Shown here piece by piece: positions 49,033 to 61,740 of a DNA stretch of 64,000 nucleotides. Positions within the stretch are counted from its first letter, which is position 1; each line of letters begins with the position of its first letter. Below the pieces are notes generated by a model. That model searched no databases. It was not told where the DNA came from and saw only the letters and a program-made list of their open reading frames with translations. Both the position numbers and the translations under genes were made by a program. The DNA lies in the NCBI GenBank assembly GCA_965603825.1, contig CBFDEM010000032.1, positions 496,001 to 560,000 on the forward strand, given 5' to 3'. Source of the DNA: Blepharisma stoltei ATCC 30299. Its lineage: Eukaryota > Protista > Ciliophora.

Positions 49033-51048
49033 ATGATATCAGATAGCGATAAGCAGGCTAAAGCCCGGCAAATTATTGAAGAAAAGAAGAAATTGCTTGC
49101 AGAAAGAGTTCAAAAGGTAAATTTTATATAGCAAAATGAAGAAAGAAAAAAGCAAGAAAAGCAAAAAGAATTAGAAAAACAGAAAAAGCAACTTGAAAAA
49201 TTTAAGAATGCGAAAGGGTGACAGCCAGCAAAGCAGAAAGAAATAGAAAAAGAAAACGTACAAGTGATAGAAATTGCAAAAATTGAAACTCTTCCACCAT
49301 TTGTCCTGCACATGAAACCATTGATACCACCATTATCTGTAAATGAGGAGCCTCAAAAATCAATTACTCCTGATTCACAAATGAACTATGAAGAAGACTT
49401 CGAAGATGAAACACCTATAGAGTCATCTGATGAATTAAAAGAAGAAACCCCACTCAATTTTGAATCAGAGATTGTTGATGATCTGGAAGAATCGTCATTA
49501 TGCAATTTTAAATGCTCTGAAACTGATTTTCCTAAGCTAGAATCGGTAAATATAATAGAAGAACAACCAAAATCTTCATTCCATCTAACTCTTGAACCTT
49601 CGCCAACTAATAATACTCAGCCAACTTGTATTTCATCTAAAGATCCAATTCAATCTTTATCTGAAAAGCAAAAGGATTGGCATATAGAAATTACTGAGAC
49701 TGAAAAGCTTATTATAAATGATAGTACCCCTAAAGCAGAATATGAAAAGCAAGAAAAACTATCAAAAGTTGAAGAAATACCAAATAATGATAAAATTAAT
49801 GATATTTTTACTATAGAAGAGCCAGTAACTATAGTTGATCACACTGCGTATTTCCCTGAAGCTCCAATGCTTATGAATTTCAATACTTTTGGTGAAAACT
49901 TTTATTCAAAAAAAAATAAAAGCCGCTATGGCATCGAAATTACTCCAGAATTGAGAAACCAAGAAAATATTGAATCAACTCCAAACGAAATTGATGTATT
50001 AATTGATGATTTAGAAAATGAAAATGCTAGAATAGATGAAGATATCAATGTTCTGATTGGTGATCTCACACAAGTTCAAGAAGATAACTCTGATTTGAAG
50101 CCTAAAAAAGGCGAGCTAATACTCATTGATTACGATGCTGACGAGAAAAAGAAAGAAAAATTTGAACTATTTAAGAAGAAAAAAGAGATTAAAAATGAGA
50201 GAGAAAGAAAAAACTGAAACCAAGCTATCCCAGTGCCAATTTCGCAACAAACTTCGAATAGCCCCAAGCCACAAAAACGAGTAATAGAAACTAAAATTGA
50301 TTCTAAAGACCATTCTCCAAGAGAAAACATAAAGCATAACCAAAATCAACTAACTGCTTGCATTCAAAAAGCTACTAGAAAAGTCTCAAGCTGCATAGAA
50401 GCCAAAAATGACTCTAATGAGCATTCTCCTAGAAGAGTCATACAAAACCCAGAAAACCAGCTTAATGCTTTTATCCCAAGAACTAAAAAAAGTACCAGTC
50501 CAAACATTAGTCCAAAACCCAATAAAAAGCAAGAATCTTCTAATTTAAAAAGTGAAAATATAGTCTCACCTCAACCTCCTGAGCAGCCAAAATCTCGTGC
50601 GCTAACTGAAGAAGCAAAGCAAGCAATTGCTTCAAAATACAGGCGACATAAAAATCTTCCAAATTTAGTCTATAATAAGCCCACAAATAGAAAACTTATT
50701 AAAAAGGCAATCACACAAGTATGTTGTGCAGGTGAGCCAAATCGAGCTCTTCGAGAAGAAGCGATTGAAGTGATTGACAAAAATGAAGAAGTTAGCTATT
50801 TTATAATTGTTTTCAAAAGCGAACTCGGTAGAAGAGATTTAAGGGCTATTTATTCACATGACCCTAATAATGGTGACGTCAAGAAAATTTATGGCCCAGC
50901 AACAATGCCAGAACAACTCAACAGTGGTATGGTTAAGGGATATTTTAGATTTGATTCAGGATCCAATGAGTTTAAACCTATAGAATGCAAAGATTTTATT
51001 ACGGGCACTGATGCAATTGTTCTAAAAATTAATCCAAAAATTTATTAA
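49033..51048 (+). CDS. CKK-domain (CAMSAP/Patronin-like) microtubule-binding protein
   Basis: C-terminal KPTNRKLIKKAITQVCCAGEPN...FIIVFK...RAIY...YFRFDSGSNEFKPI...DAIVL matches the CKK domain. Intron at 49117-49131; TGA at 49219 and 50215. An alternative in-frame ATG lies at 48991. Confidence 0.85.
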
Positions 51049-51080
51049 ATCATTTCTAGAATTCTTGCTAGCATATTTTT

Positions 51081-51698
51081 ATGTCATCTTTTCTTTATAA
51101 TAATTATCTGATGATATTGGATAGACAGCATTTACGGTTTCTCGCATTGACAATATGCATTTTTTTGATTATTAGAGGAATTTCTATTCAAAACTTCAAG
51201 TTTTTCTTATATCTCACTCATTGGGCACTTATTGTCAAAACTTTGACTTTCTTATGCATTTTTAGAGGACTTGGTAGCGATAATTTCAGGAAAAATTTGC
51301 TAGTAATTGCATGGACTTCTGGAATAAATGTGACAATAATATATTGGACATATGCCTACCCTCTAATGGTTTCTCCTGATTTTGAGCTATGGCATCTCTT
51401 GTTAACTCACGGAGGTATATGCCTTTTTTTGATTCCTGAAATTATGACTTGTCCTTTTACCCTTTCAAATAAAGACTTCTTAGGGCCAGCTTGTGTAGCA
51501 ATTATCTATATAAGTTGTGTTTTAATACCATGTGCCTATTTTGGCATGATACTATACCCAGGTTTGACTTTTACGAATTTTCTTAGCTTTATCGTTGTAT
51601 TGGCGAATCTTCTTGTCTCATTCGGAGCATTTTCGATAGGTAAATATGTTAGCTGGAGATTCAAAATTAGACCAATAGAGCTAAAAAAGGTTGAATAA
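51081..51698 (+). CDS. FAR-17a/AIG1-like multi-pass membrane protein
   Basis: About six hydrophobic segments, with FLYLTHW (conserved Thr) and LLTHG (conserved His). The start may be the ATG at 51111. Confidence 0.62.
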   Translation: MSSFLYNNYLMILDRQHLRFLALTICIFLIIRGISIQNFKFFLYLTHWALIVKTLTFLCIFRGLGSDNFRKNLLVIAWTSGINVTIIYWTYAYPLMVSPDFELWHLLLTHGGICLFLIPEIMTCPFTLSNKDFLGPACVAIIYISCVLIPCAYFGMILYPGLTFTNFLSFIVVLANLLVSFGAFSIGKYVSWRFKIRPIELKKVE

Positions 51699-51746
51699 GA
51701 TTATTATAACAATATTTAGTTAATAAGTTTTAGAAATCTAATTTAT

Positions 51747-52205
51747 ATGGAAAATTATTTAGGCTCAAATTTGAAACTTGGAGAAAGTGAAGTCACAACA
51801 TCAGAGCTTAAAAACAAAGGAATGGTTTTACTTTATTTTTCAGCTTCATGGTCATATCCTTGCAGACGATTTACTTCAATTTTGAAAGAATTTTATGAAA
51901 AAGTGAATAAGGTAGATAGAGAAATTGAGATCGTTTTTATAAGCTGCGATCTTAATGAAGAGCAATTCAATGAGTACTATGGAACTATGCCATGATACGC
52001 TTTACCTTTTGAAGAGCAAGGAATTAAGGATATCGTGACAAGACATTATGAAGTTTCAGGGATTCCTCAGTTAATATTAGTTAATGAGTGTGGAGGAGTT
52101 GTGAGCGATTCGTGCAGGCTAGATATTATGAGTAAAGATTCTAGTGATTGCATTTTATATTGAAGAGATAAAATTCAATCTCGATCCAGTATTATGATGC
52201 TTTAA
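51747..52205 (+). CDS. Nucleoredoxin/tryparedoxin-like thioredoxin-fold protein with SxxC site
   Basis: LYFSASWSYPCRRFT, EIVFISCD, MP-W(TGA)-YALPF and VSGIPQLILV. Ends TAA at 52203-52205. Confidence 0.87.
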
Positions 52206-52688
52206 TATAACTAAAATATATATTTTCTTTTAAAAATAACTCTGAGCAAGAAAAGATTTCTAAACATAATATTAATATCGTTGAAATAGATTTTATTAAG
52301 TGCCAAATTTTCTCAATTAATTTCATGAGAAGCTGTTGAATTAAAAATCTACATCTAAATTTTGAAGAGTTATATAGAGAACTGGCTGCTAAAATTTTCT
52401 CACGCTCAGCGCTATTGGCCTAGAGCAATCGAGCTTTTTAGTTCATAGCACTCAATAATTATAGCATCATGTCATATTCACATTATATTCAAAGAATTTA
52501 ATGAATATAGCACGACACATTTATTAATCGAAAATAAAAAATGTAGTTCTTCTTCTTCTACCTCAAAAAAGAGTAGAAATCTAAGACAAACTATTTTAAT
52601 CATGCTTAATAAATTGATTAATAATGAATCTGCATAATAAGGCATTTAACAAAACATTAATACTCAGTTAAAATTAATACTTTCAATA

Positions 52689-53190
52689 TTATATCCCCAT
52701 ATCTTTAGACATTTCTCTTTGCTGATAAAACTCGAAATGCTTGATCTTCATGTGCTGATTTAAAGATCCTTCAGAACTGAATAGCTCTTACCCATAAGAT
52801 TTCGGGCACAGGTAGCAGCGATAGTGCCTATCAATCTGTTTTGCAAGCCTTCTAGTCCTCTGAGCTTTCACTGGTGACCTTACGTGCTTTATAGCTGGCT
52901 GTTGGCGTTCTAAGCCTTGGATTTCTTTTTGCAGTCTATCAATATCAGCTAACAAAGTTTGGAGCTCAGCTGTTTGAATTTCATTTTCTCCCAAAAGCTT
53001 TTTGTATTCTTCTCTGTAATCTTTGCCAAATTCTCGAGGAGGAGCCTGTGACATTGAAGGAGGCTGAGTAAACATCGGAATTACGAAAAACGGGGTCCCA
53101 CCTATCTCTTGGATTTGAATGTTTTTTATTGAAGAAATCATATTCCCTGTTGGTAAAAAACTTTTTCTAAATAAAATATTACTCTTCCAT
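52689..53190 (-). CDS. Small coiled-coil + C2H2 zinc-finger protein (probable transcription factor)
   Basis: Intron 52777-52791 restores CYLCPKSYGSEGSLNQHMKIKH. A probable 8-nt first coding exon and a 16-nt intron at 53167-53182 stay in frame. Confidence 0.82.
52777..52791 (-). other. 15-nt spliceosomal intron (C2H2 gene)
   Basis: GTAAGAGCTATTCAG; removal restores canonical C2H2 spacing. Confidence 0.9.
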
Positions 53191-53269
53191 CAAAAAATTA
53201 TCATTAAACTATTAAAGAATTCGAATTATCGTCAAATTTAGTCTAAAAACTAAAGATTTATAGTTATTT

Positions 53270-54709
<1,440 letters not shown>

Positions 54710-55542
54710 TATCGTTATATTTTATTAAATTTAATATAAATCAGCAATTAATTTTCATTTTTTGAGATTATCTAATGCTTGGATATTTTAAATGAAGATT
54801 TATTAAGCTTCTATTGGCAGTTTATATATTTTTCCGGTTTGGTAAGCTTCTTATTTTTGCCCATCTTAAAATGGCATAGTTTTATTTCATTTTATTATGG
54901 TCTCATTTACCGATGAATTTGTTCAGTTATACAAAAAACATATAGCTTAGCCTTATGATTAGACCATTATACCCTAATATTTATTTGATATATATAAATT
55001 ATAAGAAAATTGAAATTTGACAGAAAATGAAAGATGATATCAGATTTTTAATTAGTTAGAATAAAAAGAAACTCTATCTGGATATTATAGAAAAATACTT
55101 TTTTGCTGCATGAGAACTTTTAAGTTGGCTGATATCAGACTTATGTTGTTTTATATCTTGATTTTGCAGCATTAGATGCACAAATAATGTAATTTCTGTT
55201 GCGCTTTTTAAGCCTTATAATTCCGCCATCTTTTTAATCTCCTCTTTATAAAAATTGGATTGAGATTATGAAAAGATTTCTCCACACTATTCTCTCTTGG
55301 TTAGCAACTTCAAAGCATTATTTGGTTCTTATTATTGAAAGAGCTTGCCCAATTCAAATTATTTTTACTTCTTTTCATATAAATTTTCTAAGAGTGTAAT
55401 TCACTTTTATATATTATAAAATTGAAATTAAAATAGTTATCTATAAGTTTGTCTCAAGAAAATATAAATTAAAAATGACAATTAAAATTGATGAAATAGC
55501 TGCATATTGATTAAGAAATTCTGTGAATCCATAAATAAAAAA

Positions 55543-55728
55543 ATGGGATGTGGATTGCCTAAAGGTAAAGTTTCAGAAGATGATGATACTTCTATTGTAA
55601 GAGATATTATGACATCTGATAAATCTATGAATAGAATTAAAAATCAGTTCGATTTTAATGCTCGTGGAAGAGTATACAGAATTGTCGTGAGCCACGCGAA
55701 GACTCCGGAAAATTCGCAAGTATTTTAA
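55543..55728 (+). CDS. MGCG microprotein family, copy 8 (61 aa, dispersed, opposite strand)
   Basis: MGCGLPKGKVSEDDDTSIV...FDFNARGRVYRIVVSHAKTPENSQVF. The true start is the ATG at 55543. Confidence 0.8.
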   Translation: MGCGLPKGKVSEDDDTSIVRDIMTSDKSMNRIKNQFDFNARGRVYRIVVSHAKTPENSQVF

Positions 55729-56527
55729 ATTGAGAGAGTTTCTCTACCATTGCTAAATAATTCAACTTTAATTAATACAGTTTAAATTATATCGATTGAA
55801 TTTGAAATTTTGACTTCGCCATCTATCTGCTGAATTGCAGATAAAACTGTTAGCATGATACTAAAAATATCCAGGCAAAAGATTTTAATTCATAAGCAAC
55901 ACACAAATAGAAAAGTATTTCTCTGAAAGAAAATAAATCTAATCTTTATCTTGAACTTTTTATCAGCGCCAATAAATTGCGATAGGTTTATTTATTAAAA
56001 ATAATACTTTTTATTACATAAAATATAATTTTACGATTAATTAAGGCTTAGTGTTTTGGCTAAGTATTTTCAAAAAGTAAATTGATATCTTAATTAATGC
56101 TTTATTCTCTTAGTTGTATTATACTCTGCTAAATTTTCCATAGAATTTTCGAAAAATGTCATTTAAATCTGAACTAGTTTGAATTTGGTTAGGCGATATC
56201 CAATTAAATATATATCATCATTTATTGGAGTTCTAAACAAATGAAGATAGCTTTAAAGGAAATAGAAGCTTGTAAGCGAAAAAAATCGAGTAGCAGTATA
56301 AACTTATTCAGAAAACGGCACTATTAAAAATGAAATTAATGTTAATATCAATCTTTTCACGCTATCTGGGGGTAGAGATAGACTCCTCATGGATTTTTAT
56401 TAATTCGGTTTTGTTGAAATTTTCGATTTCACTGGACTGTTCTAAGGCTTGCTTCCTCTGCTCAGTGGAATCAGCTCGATCAGTTCTATATATTTCCTTT
56501 TTCGATTGTGACCTTCCATGATCTCTT

Positions 56528-59479
56528 CTAAGAGGTTCCTATTCGAAAATTACTTGGAATACTACAATAAACTTTATACAAAAATTTATCCATGACTGGT
56601 CTTTTTTTGATAGTTTTAATCCTAAAATCTTTCATTGTAGGTGTTATATTAGGCCCAGTATTTAGCTGTTTTATTGACTTATTTTTATTTGAATCTTCTA
56701 TCATAGATACTGAGTTTTCTTCTATAATTTCCAGTCCGCCCTCCAGCTTAATTTTATTTTCTTTGTTAGCTTCTTTGATTTCATTTCTCTTTTTAATTTC
56801 TTCAGATTGCTTTAATATTTCTTCTTTTCTTGCATGAAACTCCAAATTTTTCCTTAAAAGTTCTTCTTCTAGCTTCTGTTTGAGCTGCAACTTCTTTTCT
56901 CTCTCCTGCTCAGCCTTCACTTTGAATCATTCTTCTAATGCTTTTTTCCTTTTTTCTTCAAGTTCTTTCCTTCTCTCTGCTTCCTCTCTTTTCAAATCTT
57001 CCACCTTCTGTTTCTGCTTTATTTTTTCATTCCTTTTCGCTTCTTCTAACCTCTGAGCTTTTTCCAACAAAAGCGCCCTTTTAGTCTGGTCAAATTTTTC
57101 ATCTTTTTCTTTTACTTTTTTGCTTTCAACTGTCTTTTGCCTCCTAATTTCTTCAAATCGTTTAATAGCATATTCTTCTACTTTTATTTTTTTCTCTTCG
57201 TTAAGTCTATCTTCTAATTCTTTTTGCTTTATTTTTTCTTCTAACTCAAGCTGTTTTTTGCGCTTTTCTGACTCTACTAATCTATTATAGTCTTCTCTTC
57301 TTTCATTACAGTAATCTTTGATTTCAGATAAACTTTGCTGTAGAAAATTAGGATCTGACAAAATTGAAGGGAATTTTACTAGCTCTGATAAGCTTTGAAG
57401 TTCTGTGATGCTTGATCGCTTTTTTGAGCCTTTTGGAGAAGATAAAGGGTTTTCAATCCTTTTTTCTTCTCCAAGAAGAGTTTCTAGCACACTTATTTGT
57501 AGATCCCAGTCAGGTAGACTGAATTCAGCTTTTAAGTGTTTATCTATCATTTCACTTTTGTTTTCTTCAGACTCATTTTTCAGCTTATAAAGACACATCA
57601 AAATGCCTTCACATATTATTTTAGCTCTGATCCAATTATGATCCCTTGTTTTCCCTGGTATATACACTTTCTTGGTAGAGTGGGTGCTAATTACAAAAAT
57701 TGCTTTTAAAGCTGCTTCAGTCGCACTTTCATCTATATTTTTATTGTAAACTAAATTTATCAGATTTTCGCATAAACCAATTTTTATCATCTCTTTTCGA
57801 AAAGTGGTATCCTGGCACCCCACGGCAAGACTATTTAATGCACCAACTTGAATATTTTTTGGCACATTTTCAGATATACATAAATTCATTAAACTTTGAA
57901 TATGATTATAAGCAATTAAAGCTCCTAAACCAACACTTGATACCAGTAAGTTCAAAGCTTGTAAGCTTGTGTTTATTTGCTCCTCTGACATTAATTCCCA
58001 ATTGTTTAGTTGGCTCATTAATCTTGAAGTAACAGTTGCAAAGTCGACAATGTCTTTGATGTAGGTAGAATCCAAGAGATCTTTAATAGTGTTTAAGGTG
58101 TCTCTTGCAACGATCTTCGTGCTTTGCTGTTGAATTTGCTGCTGTTCAATAGCAGCTTGCTCTGATTCTGGCTTCTGAGGAATTGCTTTACACATCGGAG
58201 ATTGAGCTAGTTCAGAAAAAGGATAAATTGGGACTGAATAATGCTGCCTTTGGTTTACTGAATTTCCTTCAGGCGAAAAAGTTGATCCTGCTTCACAATA
58301 AAGAAGCTCATAATCATTTTCAGTTCTTGTCCTCGGATTTTTCGGAGGAATATGAGCATCCACTGTAATTGCTAACAAGTCATCAAGCATTTTAGGAAGC
58401 AAACCTTCAATATATTCATTCGGAACTCCTAGATATGGATTTGTATTGACTTCAATTAGCCATACCCTGAAATCTTCATCAATCAAAAAGTCAAACCCAA
58501 ACAACTCGAAAACAAGCTTTCTTTTCCCTGAGTGCATTTCTTTTTTTCCGCTCAAGTATGAATCGACCATCAAGTCTTTTATTCTTGGAAGAATGTGCTC
58601 CCAAAAATTGATATGCAATTGAGGAAAAGTTTCATCTAAATACTCTTGAAATGCTTGGAAGCTCAAGGTATTTCCTTCTTCATGGACTCCATAGTTTTCT
58701 CCGTATTTCTGTAAACAGTTGTTAGTTAAATGGATGAAATTGTCCTTGCCTTGAGTGTCATATTCTGAGCTTGAAGTCCTTAAATACCCATGTCTGTAAT
58801 AGAAAAACTCATATTTCGCTGTCCCTACAGCCCATACTCTTATATCAAATTTTCTCCCTTTAAATAATAAAGGTCTTTCAATATATTTTTGTATAAGCCA
58901 AATTGTATGCATCTGCTTGCTTTTTAATATCGATTTTATTTCTTTCAGATTTCTGCATATCTCAATCCCTTTGCCTTGGTTTAAATGAGCAGGCTTGATC
59001 AGCCACATATTTTTCTCACAGTGCTTTATAGGCGTTCTTTCTTTATAAGAAGTTAAATTTTGAATTTCATGATACCTTGCTTGGAATTGTCTATATTCTG
59101 AATCTTCAACTTGGGCTGTTATAATAAAAGATGTAGCAATTGTATCGTGGACATTGTAGCCAGCAGAAATAGCCTGCTCATTAGTTGAATAAAATTGGCG
59201 AAGGGAACGAATCAACCCAGGCTTTGTTGTAATAACTCGATTGTTTTCAAGGTGATTATGGATCATAGGCCCAAAGCCTTGACGGTGGATTTGATCTAGC
59301 TGACTATAAGCCTAAGTAAAGAGTACTCTGACTGATAATATGGTGGGTTTTCAAATGAAATTGAGTTTTAACTCTGAAGCTTCTTGTTCGGATACTTCTA
59401 CTCAGTTTCCTCGCTTCTCGAGGAGAGGGCGTAAGAAGAGACGGCTGTTGTTACCTTGATAGACATAATATTTATTCAT
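56528..59479 (-). CDS. Tubulin-tyrosine ligase-like (TTLL; glycylase-like) protein with ARM-like and coiled-coil C-terminus
   Basis: GNNS...RGN-W..NFI-W-KP, NHLENN..ITTK, WLIKP..NQGKGI, IQKYIERPLL..GRKFDIR, HLTNNCLQK and FELFGFDFLID...LIEVNTNP. Intron at 59312-59326. The 3' end is uncertain. Confidence 0.88.
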
Positions 59480-59881
59480 GATTTTAAATTTTATAAGAAC
59501 TTTTGAAAGAAAATTATGAGATTTGCCATAATGGTATGTATGAAAAAGGACAGAAATTTTAAGATGGAAAAGAAAAAATTATCAGTTAGATAATTTTTAA
59601 TTCAAATATGCTAATTAAAGCGCTTGAAATCCATTTAAATGACTATAAAATTAAAAAATAGCTTAAGTTATTGAAAATATTCATCTAATATTCTGTTTTT
59701 TAAGTTTTCCTTTAAAAATTGCAAGTTTACATCTTAATACTTAATATTTATTTCAAATTAAAATTAAAAAATCTATTTATAGCTCTATATAATTGGTTGA
59801 GATGAGTTTTTATTTTTTTAATAACATGATTCAACAAATGCTCATTTAAATTTTAAAATTTTGCATAATTAATATTAATAT

Positions 59882-61471
59882 TTAATTACGAGGGGGCGAT
59901 TTGGGTTCAATTTCTTGAACAAATTCTCTGTAACTGACTTTACCATCTTTATCTTTATCATACCTGCTCAGCAAAGCCATTAAGTCCTTCTCAGTCGGAT
60001 AAATACCATTTTCATGAAGCATTTTCCTAAACCCATCAATCGAAATTGACCCATTATGAGTTTTATCTAGTTTCAAAAACAAAGAATGAATATTAACGCT
60101 TGGATTATTAGCAATCCTTTGTCTAATTATTTCTGATGCATTTTCAATATCAAAAATTTTCTTAAAAACTCTCGCTAATAACTCTTGCGTCTCAATAGAC
60201 AAAGCGCATTTTCTTCTTGAAAACTTCACCCCTGATGGAGCTCTGCTATTAAGAAGTTTCGAATATTCCGACTGCCTGGGTGTTAGCATATCACATAAAT
60301 CAGAATATGTCAGTTTGCCATCACAGTCTTTATCATAGTGTCTAAACAATAAATAAAGCTCATTTTGCCGAGAATATACATTTAAGCTTCTAAGTTCTGA
60401 ATCAAGCTGAAGCTCAGAGATGTGCCCTTTAGAAGTCGGACTTTCAAGCATCCTAAATGCATCAGCAATTGTGAAATCGGCTCTTAAGGCTAATTCCTGC
60501 CTCATATTTTCTAGTTCTTTATCGAGTGTTATTTGTTCACCAAATGTTTTTGCTAGCTCGGTTATATCATAGTCAGATGTACTTTCTCTTGACATTGATG
60601 ACCGTGTAGACAATGAGGAGTCTTTTTTAAGGGCTGATTTTAGCTTTCTAGGAGGACTTTGACTTCTTGGCTCTGCAAACGTAGTTTTCTTTGTATCAGA
60701 GCTTATGGAAGACCTGAAGGATTTATATGGAGATGGGGACATTGAGTAATTTGATTTTCCTGAAAGATAAGTAGAGCTGCAAAGTCCTATTTTAGAAAAA
60801 GGCTCAGAAGGCATTATTGAATCAACAAACTCTGAATAACTCACCCTTGAGTCTCCATTTTTATCAATTCTCCTCATAATTGACTCCATGATTTCTCTGC
60901 TGGGCTTATACCCATTTCTTTCTAAAAACCTCTCCAAAGACCCAATCGTCAAATAAGACAGTTTTGCGTCATCAACTAATTGGAAGCATTGCAAAAGATT
61001 GAAGTCCGGCATCCTTTCTAAATCTTGCCTAAAGTTTTCAACCCTTCTTAAATAAGAAATTTCCCTCTCGAGAACCCTCATAAGTGCATATTCAATTTCA
61101 TATGACAATTCGTTAGGATGAAATCCCATTCTTCTTGATGCTAAAATTGCTAAATTTTGGTTTTGAGATGGTAGCATCCATTTTTGAAAGTCTCCATAAG
61201 AAAGCAATCCGTCAGAGTTTGAGTCTCATTCTCTTATCAATAGATAACTTTCTCGCTCTGTAGGTCTAAAATTGTTTCTTCTTAAAAATTCGAGGAGATC
61301 TGTGCTGGTAAGAAAACCATTCCCAAATCGATCTAAACTTCGAAAAGTACTGAAAGGCTCAAATGTGCGGATTTCTGAGAGAACTTGGCGGACGACTTCG
61401 ATATCTTGGTCTCCTTCGCCGATGTTTATTAAGATATTTGCAAGTCTTTCTTCAGTTTCTTGGCTTAACAT
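59882..61471 (-). CDS. Multi-EF-hand calcium-binding protein
   Basis: Repeated DxxxDGxxSYxEF loops. The two ORFs join by TGA at 61226-61228 (RE-W-DSNSDGLLSYGDF). Confidence 0.88.
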
Positions 61472-61740
61472 TTTCAGATATCGTTAATAATTAAATAATG
61501 AGAAATTCAGCAAATTTGCATAAAAGTGTCGATAATAGTCATAAGTGTTTCAGTTTAAGGTCTTAACCAGTTTTAAGTCGAAATTAAGATCACTTATGCC
61601 TAATAATCAGTTATGCAGCTGCAAACGATCTGCAGCTTGTCTTAATTAAATATATCAAATTAATTCAACAATAAAGCGAAATAAGATAAACCTTTTCATT
61701 ATATTTTATTTCATATTTGATATAAGATAATTGTAATAAA

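Noticed and set aside
56539-56553. Candidate 15-nt intron GTAATTTTCGAATAG near the TTLL 3' end
   Set aside because: It has G rather than the otherwise invariant A at -6, and its removal does not change the stop used.
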